Source of the DNA: Nemertoderma westbladi
Lineage: Eukaryota; Animalia; Xenacoelomorpha
Direction: 5' to 3'
DNA length: 62,254 nucleotides
NCBI GenBank assembly: GCA_032718475.1
Contig: JAUCBJ010004766.1
Location: 1-62,254 of the forward strand
Part shown: positions 14,101-26,969 of the stretch, piece after piece
How the letters are laid out: each line of letters starts with the position of its first letter
Position numbering within the stretch: the first letter of the stretch is position 1
Program-made: the position numbers and the translations under genes
The notes under the pieces: model-generated
Told to the model about the DNA's origin: nothing
The model's database searches: none
The model's input: the letters and a program-made list of their open reading frames with translations, nothing else

Positions 14101-15995
14101 ACCAATCAAACTACTGTGTACCAAAAACAAAAGTGCAAGCGTGACCAATCAAACTAGACCTACTGTGTACCAAAAACAAAAGTGCAAGCGTGACCAATCA
14201 AACTAGACCTACTGTGTACCAAAAACAAAAGTGCGAGCGTGACCAATCAAACTACTGTGTACCAAAAACAAAAGTGCAAGCGTGACCAATCAAACTACTG
14301 TGTATCAAAAACAAAAGTGCAAGCGTGACCAATCAAACTAGACCTACTGTGTACCAAAAACAAAAGTGCAAGCGTGACCAATCAAACTAGACCTACTGTG
14401 TACCAAAAGCCAAAAGTGCAAGCGTGACCAATCAAACTACTGTGTACCAAAAACAAGTGATAGCGTGACCAATCAAACTACTGTGTACCAAAAACAAAAG
14501 TGCGAGCGTGACCAATCAAACTACTGTGTACCAAAAACAAGTGCAAGCGTGACCAATCAAAATACTGTGTACTAAAAAGAAAAGTGCGAGCGTGACCAAT
14601 CAAACTACTGTGTACCAAAAACAAGTGCAAGCGTGACCAATCAAACTACTGTGTACCAAAAACAAAGTGCCGGCGTGTCCAATCAAACTACTGTGTACCA
14701 AAAACAAAAGTTCAAGCGTGACCAATCAAACTACTGTGTGCCAAAAACAAAAGTGCGAGCGTGACCAATCAAACTACTGTGTTCAAAAAACAAAAGTGCG
14801 AGCGTGATCAATCAAACTACTGTGTACCAAAAACAAAAGTGCAAGCGTGACCAATCAAACTACTGTGTACCAAAAACAAAATGGCGAGCGTAACCAATCA
14901 AACTACTGTGTACCGAAAACAAAAGTGCAAGCGTGACCAATCAAACTACTGTGTACCAAAAACAAAAGTGCAAGCGTGACCAATCAAACTACTGTGTACC
15001 AAAAACAAAAGTGCAAGCGTGACCAATCAAACTACTGTGTACCAAAAACAAAAGTGCAAGCGTGACCAATTAAACTACTGTGTACCAAAAACAAAGGTGC
15101 GAGGTGACCAATCAAACTACTGTGTACCAAAAACAAAAGTGCAAGCGTGACCAATCAAACTACTGTGTACCAAAAACAAAAGTGCAAGCGTGACCAATCA
15201 AACTACTGTGTACCAAAAACAAAAGTGCAAGCGTGACCAATCAAACTACTGTGTACCAAAAACAAAATGGCGAGCGTAACCAATCAAACTACTGTGTACC
15301 GAAAACAAAAGTGCAAGCGTGACCAATCAAACTACTGTGTACCAAAAACAAAAGTGCAAGCGTGACCAATCAAACTACTTACTGTGTACCAAAAACAAAA
15401 GTGCAAGCGTGACCAATCAAACTACTGTGTACCAATAACAAAAGTGCAAGTGTGACCAATCAAACTACTGTGTGCCAAAAACAAAAGTGCAAGCGTGACC
15501 AATCAAACTACTGTGTACCAAAAACAAAAGTGCCGGCGTGACCAATCAAACTACTGTGACCAAAAACAAAAGTGCAAGCGTGACCAATCAAACTACTGTG
15601 TACCAAAAACAAAAGTGCAAGCGTGACCAATTAAACTACTGTGTACCAAAAACAAAAGTGCAAGCGTGACCAATCAAACTACTGTGTACCAAAAACAAAA
15701 GTGCAAGCGTGACCAATCAAACTACTGTGTACCAAAAACAAAAGTGCAAGCGTGACCAATCAAACTACTGTGTACCAATAACAAAAGTGCAAGTGTGACC
15801 AATCAAACTACTGTGTGCCAAAAACAAAAGTGCAAGCGTGACCAATCAAACCACTGTGTACCAAAAACAAAAGTGCAAGCGTGACCAATCAAACTACTGT
15901 GTACCAATAACAAAAGTGCAAGTGTGACCAATCAAACTACTGTGTGCCAAAAACAAAAGTGCAAGCGTGACCAATCAAACTACTGTGTACCAATC
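2106..15995. repeat. 43-bp satellite array (~320 units, ~13.9 kb) with higher-order repeats
   Basis: Unit ACCAATCAAACTACTGTGTACCAAAAACAAAAGTGCAAGCGTG, with length variants of 41, 42, 47 and 49 bp. Diagnostic variants recur at 1669-bp and 2675-bp spacing. Confidence 0.98.
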
Positions 15996-16494
15996 TTGAT
16001 TGCTTTCGCGCAATCAGATTAAGTGTAGGGGTAGGCCTACACTGTAGACGGGAAAGAAAAATATTCTAAAAAACTTGGAAAGATATTTTTCACACAATGA
16101 TAATAAATAGTTATTACATGGGGGGAAAAGGTAGAAATTTTTTTCACTATAGCCAAAATTTATTTACCGAGCGTCAGCTAGGTTTTAATAAAGGGTCGAG
16201 AGAAAAAAAATGTTGTACGTTGGTAAATTTATAAATTATAGTATTTTTTTATCGCACAAATGTAAATATTTTAAACAACAATAATTTATCATGTATCTAA
16301 TTAATTTTCCATTACTATAGCATATGATAAATCTGAATATTATGAATCTAAAACGCTAAATCTAATACGTTCATATCCAGAACCATCAATAGCTATACTG
16401 TACGTCCTACTGTTAAATAACCATTATGGATTCATATAGGAGCTATTAAATGGTAATGATGGTAAATTGATATGATATTAATGTATACAGTAAT

Positions 16495-16735
16495 ATAAAT
16501 ATTGTGCTACTGTATCCATACATACATACTGTATAATATTAAATTGCTATGCTATTCAACAGCTACTTTATATAATATTATATTCCTATACTATTCAACA
16601 GCTACTGTATAATATTAATGTTGCTACAGTATGCTATTAAATACAGTAGCTACTGTAGGCATATAATACAAACATAGAAAACATCTACATGTACTGTATG
16701 TACTGTATAATATTGATATTGCTATGATATTATTA
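16495..16735. repeat. Degenerate ~37-bp minisatellite (TGCTATGCTATTCAACAGCTACTGTATAATATTA)
   Basis: Several imperfect tandem copies visible. Confidence 0.6.
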
Positions 16736-17685
16736 AAATATGCGGTTCTCGTGCTCCAAACACTAGCTCATCGGTTGTAAGGTAACTAACTATAATACTT
16801 AATAATTATTGTCAATGATTTTGATGATTCCTATCAGCTGATGCTTCTACTGCTACTGTATAATAAAGTCGATATGAAACACAACAGCTGCGATCGCCAT
16901 TACCCGGCCGAATTAATCAACCACTAAATGGATATCAACAATCTAGGGTACAAAGTTTAGTTCAAGCCAATTATTACGTGATCAATTGGGTCTATCTATC
17001 TATGCACATGATCTTTCCACCAATTCCACCCCCCATACTGTACGGCAGCATAGGAATAACTGTAATAACTACTGTAGAGTGAAGACTGGAATAAAAAGGG
17101 ATGGGCCAACATTTATTAAATAATGAAATACTGTATGTAATTAACGAAATTGAGAAAAGAGAAACCCTCATAACTGCAATTAGGCCTAATGTAGGGCTAG
17201 GCAGACTGTATATTGCAAATGAACAATATCACATAATATTGGCAGATGTGATGTAAGGGGCTCTTCAGATGAGATTGATGACTATGGAATATTTTTTTTA
17301 ATTATGAATTATTTTATATATATATGAAATTATTGATGATATTACTTTTGACACATCCAACAGCTAAGCATTAATAATATTAGTCTAAGGCAGATACTGG
17401 CGCAAGTTGGTCGCAAGTGAAGAAACTAATAACAATTTATTTTATAAAAAAAAAAGTGACGTTCTTTTGTCCGACTTTTTAATCCGCATTTTCGAAGAAT
17501 AGTAAAAAGCATATATTTTTCGAGGAAGGAGGATGGGTAAAATAGGTTGGGAACCTTCGCCCGAGGGAAACCGTCGCCCAACAAACAGAAGGTGATTCCT
17601 ATTAGTAACCATTTCAATTACTAATTGAGGGAAAGGAGCAGGTTACAGAGACGGCTTTTTCAAACAAAACAATAATAGTTTATTG

Positions 17686-17800
17686 GGCGAAGATTGCTCG
17701 CAGACGAAGATTTCCGCCGGCTGATAATTGCTCATTTCGAGGGCGAAGATTGCTCCGGGCGAAGATTGGACGCTGGCGAATCTATCACGCGGGCGAAGTT
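17686..17800. repeat. Cluster of short GGGCGAAGATTG repeats (transposon subterminal-like)
   Basis: About six imperfect copies of GGCGAAGATT, next to a reverse copy of the ~68-bp motif at 17620-17680. Confidence 0.55.
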
Positions 17801-18080
17801 TGCTGCGTACCTGAAAATTGCTTTTACGGTTTCTTATTGGCCGCCAATTCGGAAATTAAAGTGTTCATTGCCCGCACTTTAGCAGACAATAAAAAAAGGG
17901 ATATTGTAAAGAAAAAAGTAAAAAAATCTCCAGCGCAAATTTAAACGAAATCTATTTTGGTAATTACCTTAATTGCTTAATTTTTTTAAATTAATTGATC
18001 CAACCCACGGAACACATGAATGGCGTTTGTTACCATTTTGAGTCAGAAAATCCATTACAAATTATAGGGAGGGTACTCAC

Positions 18081-18326
18081 ACTATCAGCCTTGGTGAATA
18101 TCGGCACCATATATACTAGCTGACCGTCTCTACGCGTTACCATTGTCGACTCGGGAGGACTGTGCTTCGCCAGACAGGCAGACTCGCGACCTGTACCGGT
18201 AGCGGTCCCATGACGCGATCGTGGCCCCGCTGGGTGTAGCATGAGCATACCGAACGCGTCCGACAAGCGTCGGAGCGTCGATCGTCGGTTCCCATCGCCA
18301 CCGGCATTAAGCATCGCCGCATTCAT
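18081..18326 (-). CDS. Putative first coding exon (82 codons, MNAAML...QLVYMVPIFTKADS), phase-0 donor
   Basis: GC-rich open frame, ATG at 18326, GTGAGT donor directly after 18081. Shares VY[LM]VP[LI]FTKA with the exon at 1322-1546. Confidence 0.55.
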
Positions 18327-19373
18327 CGCGATGTATCCACTAGCTATCAACCTCTTTGTCGGGGGTCGTCATTAAACCGAGGTGATTACATGTTGCGTTG
18401 AATGATCATACCATGCATTCCACTTAGAATCCCATCATTAATTATCAATTACATGATCAGAATGAATTGAATTTACACTACAAGCTAAACTACTGTACGA
18501 TAAGTATTAGTGTCAGTTATTATATCGGGCGTCTATTTATCATAAAAAGTTTCCGTTTTCAATTTCTTTGTAGTAAATTAATTCTTATGGAGGATACTGC
18601 GATGTCATCCACCGCATAGACAATGGCTTGAATATTTTTAGTTGCCGTATAAAGTCACCCGCCTTATAAAGTTATACTTTACTTTATGCCATCCCTTTTT
18701 ACCTTATTCTGTATGAAGTTACATAATATATCCATTTACGATTAAATATAAATAAAACTTGTAATAATGCGGATAGATTTTATAGGACAATGTGTTTTAT
18801 AGTATGTAATATGTATCTACTGTAGTATCTGTCTATAGAACATAATGGTTACTTTTGATGACATTGGTAATTAGATAGTACCAAAGGAAATCCATTAATT
18901 ATGCTATACTAATAATACCTCGGGGCTGCTATATAATGTATGTGGGATGGGAAGGGAGGGGGTAGGAAGCAAGTGACCGCCAACTCTGTAATTTACGCGG
19001 ATATGATTAATATGGAGCGGAAATTGATGATAAGTAAGAATAAATTACAGAAAGTCTCAGATTAATCAGCTTATTCGTTAAACATAGAGAGGATACGCGT
19101 CCATGAAATGAAGAGCGTATTTCATATACGGGGGGAGAAGTCACAGTCACCTTCCAACCAATAATACGTATTTCAAACTCCATCCTCTCCATTGCTATTA
19201 TTAATTAAACACATTTTGCCGACAGTGTCAATCAGCATATCAGAAAACTTATAGACATAAATTTAAAATGATACGTAGGCCCTTGATGATTTTTAATGAT
19301 TTTACAAAGCAAAACATACAGTAGGGTACATAACAACTTAGGACATAACAATACATATCAAAATAAAGGAATT

Positions 19374-19467
19374 CTTAAATACAGATTAAGGGAAAAGTAC
19401 AAGTCTACAAAATAATGCGCTTAAATACAGATTAAGGGAAAAGTACAAGTCTACAAAATAATGCGCT
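19374..19467. repeat. 46-bp perfect tandem duplication
   Basis: CTTAAATACAGATTAAGGGAAAAGTACAAGTCTACAAAATAATGCG occurs twice in tandem. Confidence 0.9.
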
Positions 19468-20620
19468 GCAAAATAATATTATATTATTTAAGATGCAGTA
19501 GAACAACTTGACTACGCATTTTCCTGGTGGTCACTGTTTTCCTAAAGGTCCTAATTAATGAAAACTAATTGCACACAATAAAATGAATGTTATTCCCCAT
19601 TAATGAGCGGGTTAAATATCATTTATAATAGTGGGCTACCTAAAAAATATCACTTTTTGCCAACGGGAAAATATCAGTGATATTCCCGCGTTGCTATGCA
19701 ACTGCCTATTATCCTAGGCCTAGCTCTATTAGCAAATCAGATTGTCAGAACCTACCGGTACCACAACACATTTTTGTATCATTATCCATTGTCTGAAATT
19801 GAAAGAACCAGACCGGTAGGCCTACGGTACCCAGTCTGTAGGCAGTATTGGGCTTACCAAGCTGCTTGGCATGGTATAGGCTTAGTACTGGTACGGATTC
19901 CAGGACCGGTACCTGTGTGTGGTTTTGTTTTTTTATCACTTAATTGCTGTCCGACTGCCTGAGGGATAAAGCTGCGAAGCTTTGAAGCTGTGGACTGGTA
20001 GCGAATAGCGCTGCGATACAAGTCTGTACAGCAGGCTAGGTAGACCGTACTGTACATATTTCGTGCTCTGTTCTGTCTTTATGTTTAATACGTAAGTTGG
20101 ACGCGCAGTATGGAAATGAATATTGATTTTTTATTGGAATAATAATAAAAAAGCTGGCTTTAAATAAAACTTGATTTTTTAACTACAGTAAACTATTGAT
20201 TATGGTAATGTAACACGGAAACAGTCTTTATGTATAGGCCTAACGGATATTTATGCGAAACCGGAATGCAAATTTCCCTGGCCACATTCTGGCCAGGGAA
20301 ATAGGTCTCGAACCCACGTCATCTGGAGTCGGAGACCCGAGTTCAAGGCTCCGCTATAATTAAACGGTTAAACCACTACACAATTAGGCCTAATTCCCTT
20401 GATATTAATATGTTTACTATTAATGGTCCCGCATGCACCAGTATGAACTTATACAGTATTTAGTTATGCATTATTTAATCATTCTGAATGCACAAATACA
20501 ATTTAATGATTTAATATATATTGATATATATTTAATCCCCCCAAAATACCAAGCCCCATTTACTTCACTTGCCCCCAAACAAAACCCTTTTACAATTGTT
20601 AATAATGTGGAATAACACAT

Positions 20621-20734
20621 TTATTGCCCGGTTATCAAGTTATTTTCCCCAATATTTTACCCTCGGGCAGGAAACCCTCGGGCGGCGCCCTCGGGTAAAA
20701 TATACGGGAAAATAACTTGATAACCGTGCAATAA
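20621..20734. mobile_element. Foldback/hairpin MITE (~40-bp arms)
   Basis: TTATTGCCCGGTTATCAAGTTATTTTCCCCAATATTTTACC pairs with GGTAAAATATACGGGAAAATAACTTGATAACCGTGCAATAA. The loop holds three CCCTCGGG copies. Confidence 0.75.
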
Positions 20735-21040
20735 GTATTGATATTTACTGTATAATTCAGGCTGCAGATCGCCATGAAACAGTGTTGTTGTGTAAAAAAA
20801 AAGTATCACAAAATGAGTCTTTTTCTAGTTCTAACATTTATAAATCTTGTGAAAGGACTACAACATTTAAAATCACACCGCACAAGCTACAGTAAGTTAT
20901 ATGTGGTTGATTTGTTATTATACATTAAGGACGTTGTAGTTATTGTAGGCCTATAGGTATTTTTTCCTTGTAGCATTTGTAATATGAAAGCTGCAGAATT
21001 TTAAGAATATTTTCTATAGAATTATTTTTGCTATAGCAAC

Positions 21041-22562
21041 CAGGCGCGGATCCACAATAGGGGCGCGTGGCGCCGCGCACCATAGATTTTTTGAGTAAGA
21101 AAATAAAAAGAGTGAAATTTATAAAAAATTTATAAAAATACATTTTTTTAGATTTACTATTGATAGTTACGCTAAACGATACAAAGGCCATCATCAGTTG
21201 CTAACCCCCCAAGTGGAATCCACAATCACAACTTCCCTCTCTCCAAGATAAAATCGCTGAAAACCTTTCCAAGGGCGCGCTCCATGTAGGCGGGAGGGGG
21301 GGTATCACCTTGGCGTAATAGATCAGCAGTATGGCTTCATGGGCTGGCTATGCATTATAGGAACAGTATACATACATGGCCTTGCTTTACCTGAAGTGAA
21401 AGACCACTAACAACCTATGTAATAATGTAAAGAATCAATCATGGGGCTATTTGTAAAGTTTATTGCTGTTATATTAAGTGGGTCGGGTCTATGCAAGCTA
21501 AACCAATTATCTTTGTGAACTACTACAGTAGCTATGTACTACTGGGAGGGAATTCTTTGAAGTTTACCGTGTCTTCAATTCCCAAACCTCAATAATACCG
21601 CCAGGAGCGAAGGAGGCTACGGCTGCAAACCCTCCAGAGATTGGCTAAATGTCGGGTCATACATCTTATCCAAGGCGCTACATTGGTAGAAAGCACCTTG
21701 GCATTCATACACATACAATTATGTGTAGCAGCCAGCTAAGCACAGAACCACATTAATTGAACAGAAGAAGAAAAGACCTTTGCCTCCTAACCTAAACACA
21801 ACACAATAGCTCCAAGATGATCGGACAAGGGACTTTACACCAAAATGGTGATGAAAATCAGTTATTTCATATATTGTGGAAGCGGGCTGCAGATACTATA
21901 AAAGTTTAACACACAGCTAAAGTTTAAAACTTAAATCGATACAGACCGCCCAGACCAGATGTATTTATGTTGGGGGATATTTATTTATTTTGGGGGATTA
22001 TGTATTTATTTTAGCGGAAAATGTACTTACTTTGGGAAAATTTCCATTTATTTTGGGAAAGTTTGTAATTATTTTGGGGGTTTTGTCATTTATTTTGGTG
22101 TGAATAATTGTTTTGTGGAGCATTTATTTATTTTGGTGTTGAATAATTGTTTTTGGTGTTGAAAATTTATTTTGGTGTTTGAATAATTTAATTTGGGGTG
22201 ACTTTATTTTATTTGGTGCTGAATAATTTTTTTGGGCCACATTATTAAAATTGGTGTAATAAATTTTTTGGTGAAATTTTCATCAATTTTGGTATGATTT
22301 TAATTGGTAGCCATATTGCAATTCCTAGAATTAATAACTGCCAATAGTCGTTGAAACATTTATCATTTTTGCATGAAAATTTTTATATTAAAATCTAAAT
22401 AAAAATCCGGGGTGGGAGTGTCCGTCCCCCTTTAACCCCACCAGGGCAACAGGGGCTCTCTCTGCCCCTCGGACACCGCTGGGCAGCGCCCTCAGACCAA
22501 AAGTAAGATAAACTTCACAAATTGTGCTCACCATAGAAATTAAATTCATGAATCCGCCCCTG
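21041..22562. mobile_element. Non-autonomous hAT-like DNA transposon
   Basis: Termini CAGGCGCGGATCCA / TGAATCCGCCCCTG with exact 8-bp TSD ATAGCAAC (21033-21040 and 22563-22570). No transposase ORF. Internal TATTTATTTTGGGG repeats at ~21960-22290. Confidence 0.85.
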
Positions 22563-22702
22563 ATAGCAACATGCCACCAATTGCCTTATACTGGCGCAAA
22601 TTGACCGCAAGTGAAAAATAAGTAATAACCTACAGCGCATATTAACCACAAGTGAAATAAACTTACTGGTTGCATGAAACACACAGCTGGATAGAAAACT
22701 GG

Positions 22703-22871
22703 GGGACAGGGGGGGGGGGGGGGGGGGGGACTGGACGCAAATCCCATCTTGGCGAATTAAGTGTCTTGAGTGTAATCAGCTGTTATTTGCGTCGAATTTC
22801 CCCTGGAGAGGCGAGAGGGATGGATTTGTATTGTGTCCAGTCCCCCCCCCCCCCCCCCCCCCCCCCCATCT
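22703..22871 (+). mobile_element. Poly-G-terminated MITE (internally deleted copy)
   Basis: G-tract-ACTGGACGCAA ... TTGTGTCCAGT-C-tract; 8-bp TSD AAAACTGG at 22695-22702 and 22872-22879. Confidence 0.85.
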
Positions 22872-24171
22872 AAAACTGGCAGACAAATTTTCAACTAAGG
22901 ATGTATTGATTAGTGATTACTATAAACAATTTAGCTTCCCAGACTGCTGTTGCAGACAAATTAATAATGTCTGATAATATTCAATCAATAATATTATTAT
23001 TATATTTCACCTTATTCCAAATGTTTGCCATTCCTTGTAATCATATATACAGAATATCCAACTCAACCACATGTCCTGACTAGAATACTAAATTAATTTA
23101 AAATTCACTATAATGCACCATATAAATTGTCGGTTTCCATGCGAAAACTCAACTAAATTTGAACATTTCTATCTCATTCAAAGTGAATTCAAAATTGTTA
23201 GCAGAAAATGCCAAGACTCATGTTGACTCTCTGGAGATTACCCAACTGTAGGTTGAATAGGGCTAATTAAAATAAAATAAATTTCTTAACCCCTTTAAAC
23301 ACATATTTTGTTTGCCCCATTAACTCCCAACTGGACACCTTTTCGCTCAGATTTCTATACTGTAAACAGATTAAATTATAGACAATTACCTATTCGAATG
23401 AAGAAACGTAATTTGTCTCTAAATTACATCGGTACATGTAGCTACTGCAGTATGTAAGTAACTACAGTACAACACGAAATTGAAAATACTTTCGTTTTAA
23501 CAGAAAAGTAACTAGAAACGCTCATACAATATTCAGGCGGGTGAGTTTAAAATAAAAGTTAATTATTTGTTTAGCATTGCACTTTTAAAAACATGGCATG
23601 TTACTTTAGAAGAACAGCAGCGCAAACAGCACCGATAAATAGGAATAGGAGGATTAACATTGGGTTGAAATCCATCGGGAAAGTGTTGATGGTACGACGA
23701 ATTTAAATTAAACCCAGGAGACAAAATATATATCGTGAAGAATTCAAATTTACCCAACGATGGAATTGCTGATCGGAAACGGAAATCCCTATTCAGGAGA
23801 GTGATCCCTCCCATCCCAATGAATAATTTCGGTGTTTCGTTTTACGACGAAGTCCGAAAAGCCATGAATTCCGACGCGACACGGCTTCGCAAACTAAATT
23901 GCGTTTAACTATCGCCTCTAAAGGTCGGAATGGCAAACAGGAAAAGCGAACGGAAATTATTTTCTTTCACACAGCCTACCGCTGCTGTCAACAAACAATT
24001 GAATTCCAAACGCGCCTAAATTGGTGGTAAATGTGAGCGAGGGTGTAGATTGAAAGTTCTTTGTGTCGAAATTAAACCTGCAGGGTCGGGTGATATCGTA
24101 ATGGGTGATATCGAGATCGTAATGTGAACGTGGTAATGGGCTTAACTCTACTGTATGGCTGTATATGCAGA

Positions 24172-24400
24172 CAGTCCAGAATAGAATACATCGGAATCGT
24201 TATAATGGATTATTTAGAGCAGCAGTAGAAACAGTACTTCTACAGTATATGGGAGTCCATGCTGGGAGCTAACTGCTTAGATCAAATTCCTGGATGGCAC
24301 ATTCACAAGGATGCTACGTCGGGTTCACTGTGTCAAGTACAATGAATGTACATCATAATCCAGACCTTATATAGCATTTAATGTGTCACATTGGTCTCCA
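24172..24400 (+). mobile_element. RTE LINE C-terminal fragment (decayed)
   Basis: Encodes LFRAAVETVLL[+CAGTA]YGS...LDGTFTRMLRRV; aligns with 32160-32330. Confidence 0.75.
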
Positions 24401-25764
24401 AAGCTTGAGACGCGGAACAGTGGACAAGGCCGCCCGTATCCTGCCTGTGGCAGGATAATTGCTTTCGCCGTGAGGACCAACTAACCCGTGAACAATATTT
24501 TGCTTTGGTCACCTCATGAATAGAATAAGCTCATAGTTTACGGCCATATTTTTTTTTATAGGACGCCTCTTAAACGACATTCGTTTTGAATATGCGAATA
24601 ATTTCTCGAAAGTCATCTGTGTTAGGGGGAAGGGGGGTGTACTGTAGTGTAGGATAATAGCAGTTATTGTCTTGTATAGATTTCTTAGATAGAATGGAAT
24701 GGGAATGGATTACCTTTCTAATCGATTAACATAATAATTATAAATATGAATAGCATTTTTAAAACATATGAAATATATCAAATACAATAAAAACATAATA
24801 AATATCAGTCGTCAGACAAGATGGGTAATCCAGGGTATCAGGCTTTTCTGAAGCAACATAAGTAAGAAGATTTTAAATTTCCTAAAAAGTGCGAAATTTA
24901 TGAAAGTTGCAAATATATATGTTTTAGTTAAAGCAAAAGCATAGGAGCGAGCAGTCCTAAATGTAAATCTAACTAAAATGGATTTATGTTGTTTGTATGT
25001 TTAAAGGTACCCCAACAAAACTACACAAAAGTATAAGAGTATACGATTACAACAGCCAACAGTGTATACACAAATAAGCAGAATGTAAATACACAGGCTC
25101 GTAACAAATTATAATTTACATTACGGAAAATGTTTTTTTACTAATTAACGCAACAAGCAACCGTCCGACTAGAAGTCAGATACTTATATATAACAAGAAA
25201 CTGCCGCGTAAAAATCCCCATAATAATAGGACAATAATAAGGAACGAATAGAGTTAACCAAGTACACCTGCAACTTATCCTGAGGTTTTCCCATTCGATA
25301 CGCCATCACCAACCATCCATACAACTTTGATTTATCGGGAGTTTTATGGTAGTTGAAAGATTAGCTTGCCACATTCCTTAGGGCTAGATTTGGCTCAGTA
25401 AGAAAGTTCTTTAGATTTATGTGACGCCAAGGCCAACGCAAGGATATTTATAAGGAGATTTATTTTCTTTGTATCCTCGTCTTGCTGCTACCACCCATCG
25501 TATAAAGTAAACACAAAAAGGATTATTTCCCGTAATTACGAACCCCCGCCCCATTTTAACTCCCACCACAGCAACTGTCCTTATTCTTCCTTGATACAAT
25601 ACACCCTTATCATACAATGTTATATCGCACAATTAGAATCAGGTTTCCAGTGTGACTCCGGCCACCGCTGCTTTTCAGGAATTCAACATAATTATTAATA
25701 CGTCAAAAGCTTTGAATATTATACTGTATGAGAGCTTTAATAGCTATTTCCATATTGTTTGCCA

Positions 25765-25865
25765 TAATGTTTTGGAAGTCACAAAAGTTAAAACAAATTC
25801 TCAAGGTTCGATTATTTAGAGTAACAGTGGAAGTAGTAGGCCTAGGCCTACACTTATATTGGAAC
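25765..25865 (+). mobile_element. Short RTE LINE fragment
   Basis: MFWKSQKLKQILKVRLFRVTVE matches the RTE C-terminal motif (LKVRLFRATVE-type). Confidence 0.65.
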
Positions 25866-26969
25866 CGCCTCCGCTTTGAAAGACATTTCTTTTGCAGACA
25901 CACCAGTGAGGACCAACCAGTGAACGGTACATTAATATGCATCAGTTTAGTGTCGACGATATTAAACTATACACGAAGTGGGGCCTTCGCGCAGCCTTAA
26001 GCGACACCTCAAGTGTCGTCTCGAAATAATTAGAAGCAAAATCTGAGCAGATGTCCCCTAATCACTTTTCCACCTAGATGCAGACTGGGTAACTTCAGTC
26101 GATTTAAGACCTCATAAAAACTGAGGTCTAGAATATATGTGCCAGGTAGCAAATCAATCAGGAAGAAAGGATTATAAACAGTAATACGAAAGGGCTGAAC
26201 GATTTCATTTCGGATATTTCTAAAATGTTTTCATTTCAGCCCACTAGCGGTGAATTGCCGATGATTACTGTCCCAACAAAGATGCAGCCTGTTCAATGTC
26301 TACGGTCTAGCATGTATACTGCCAAGATTCAGCTTAAACAGATAACAAATAACAACTTGGGAGAAGGTTTTCACTTTCAGATATTTCGACCTCTAGCAAC
26401 AAACTGTAGAAGTGTAATTGGACTACCGTCCAACAAAGAAGCAGCCAGTTTTCTAGAAAATATTTAAAATCAAGGAAATGGTCGACTGTTTTCACTTTCA
26501 GACATTTAACCCTCTACTGGCAGACTGGATACCTGCAGGCAGAAGAATCACCCTTCCCCAAAAGACGCACCATGTGGACTGTTAGATGGTAGATATATTC
26601 CGATATATAGATAAGTCAGGTCAGGTCCCCATATCCTGCTACCACTATGGCAGTAATGTGGTACTACTGTACCTGTAGCTGTCAGCCCAGTAGGGCAGGC
26701 CCGATAAGCACCAGTAGCCTATTCATTATTTAGTTGTTCAAGAGTGGGTTGGTTTTAGCCCCGTCAACTAAATAGGTCATTGAGGGCTATAGCGCCTAGG
26801 GTACCATTGAAGGCAAAGGCTTGATACGCATCTGCAATAGAGATGATACATGCCCCGCTCTGTCTATACTGGATGCTCCTCTACCAGTGTTAGGGAACCT
26901 AACCCAGGAGGCACACTTGGTTCAGGGTGTAACAAAAGGACCCTACAGTCGGCAGCAGGGCTGTAAGCC

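Noticed and set aside
2106-15995. CRISPR array or repeat-protein ORFs (MTNQTTVYQKQK...)
   Set aside because: No spacers. The ORFs are GTG-started chance read-throughs of 41/43-bp monomer combinations, and the unit length is not a multiple of 3.
20320-20360. tRNA gene (B-box-like GAGTTCAAGGC)
   Set aside because: No A-box or cloverleaf; at most a SINE remnant.
22670-22873. Poly-Gly/poly-Pro ORFs (also 45255-45464, 29931-30290)
   Set aside because: These are translations of G/C homopolymer tracts in repeats.
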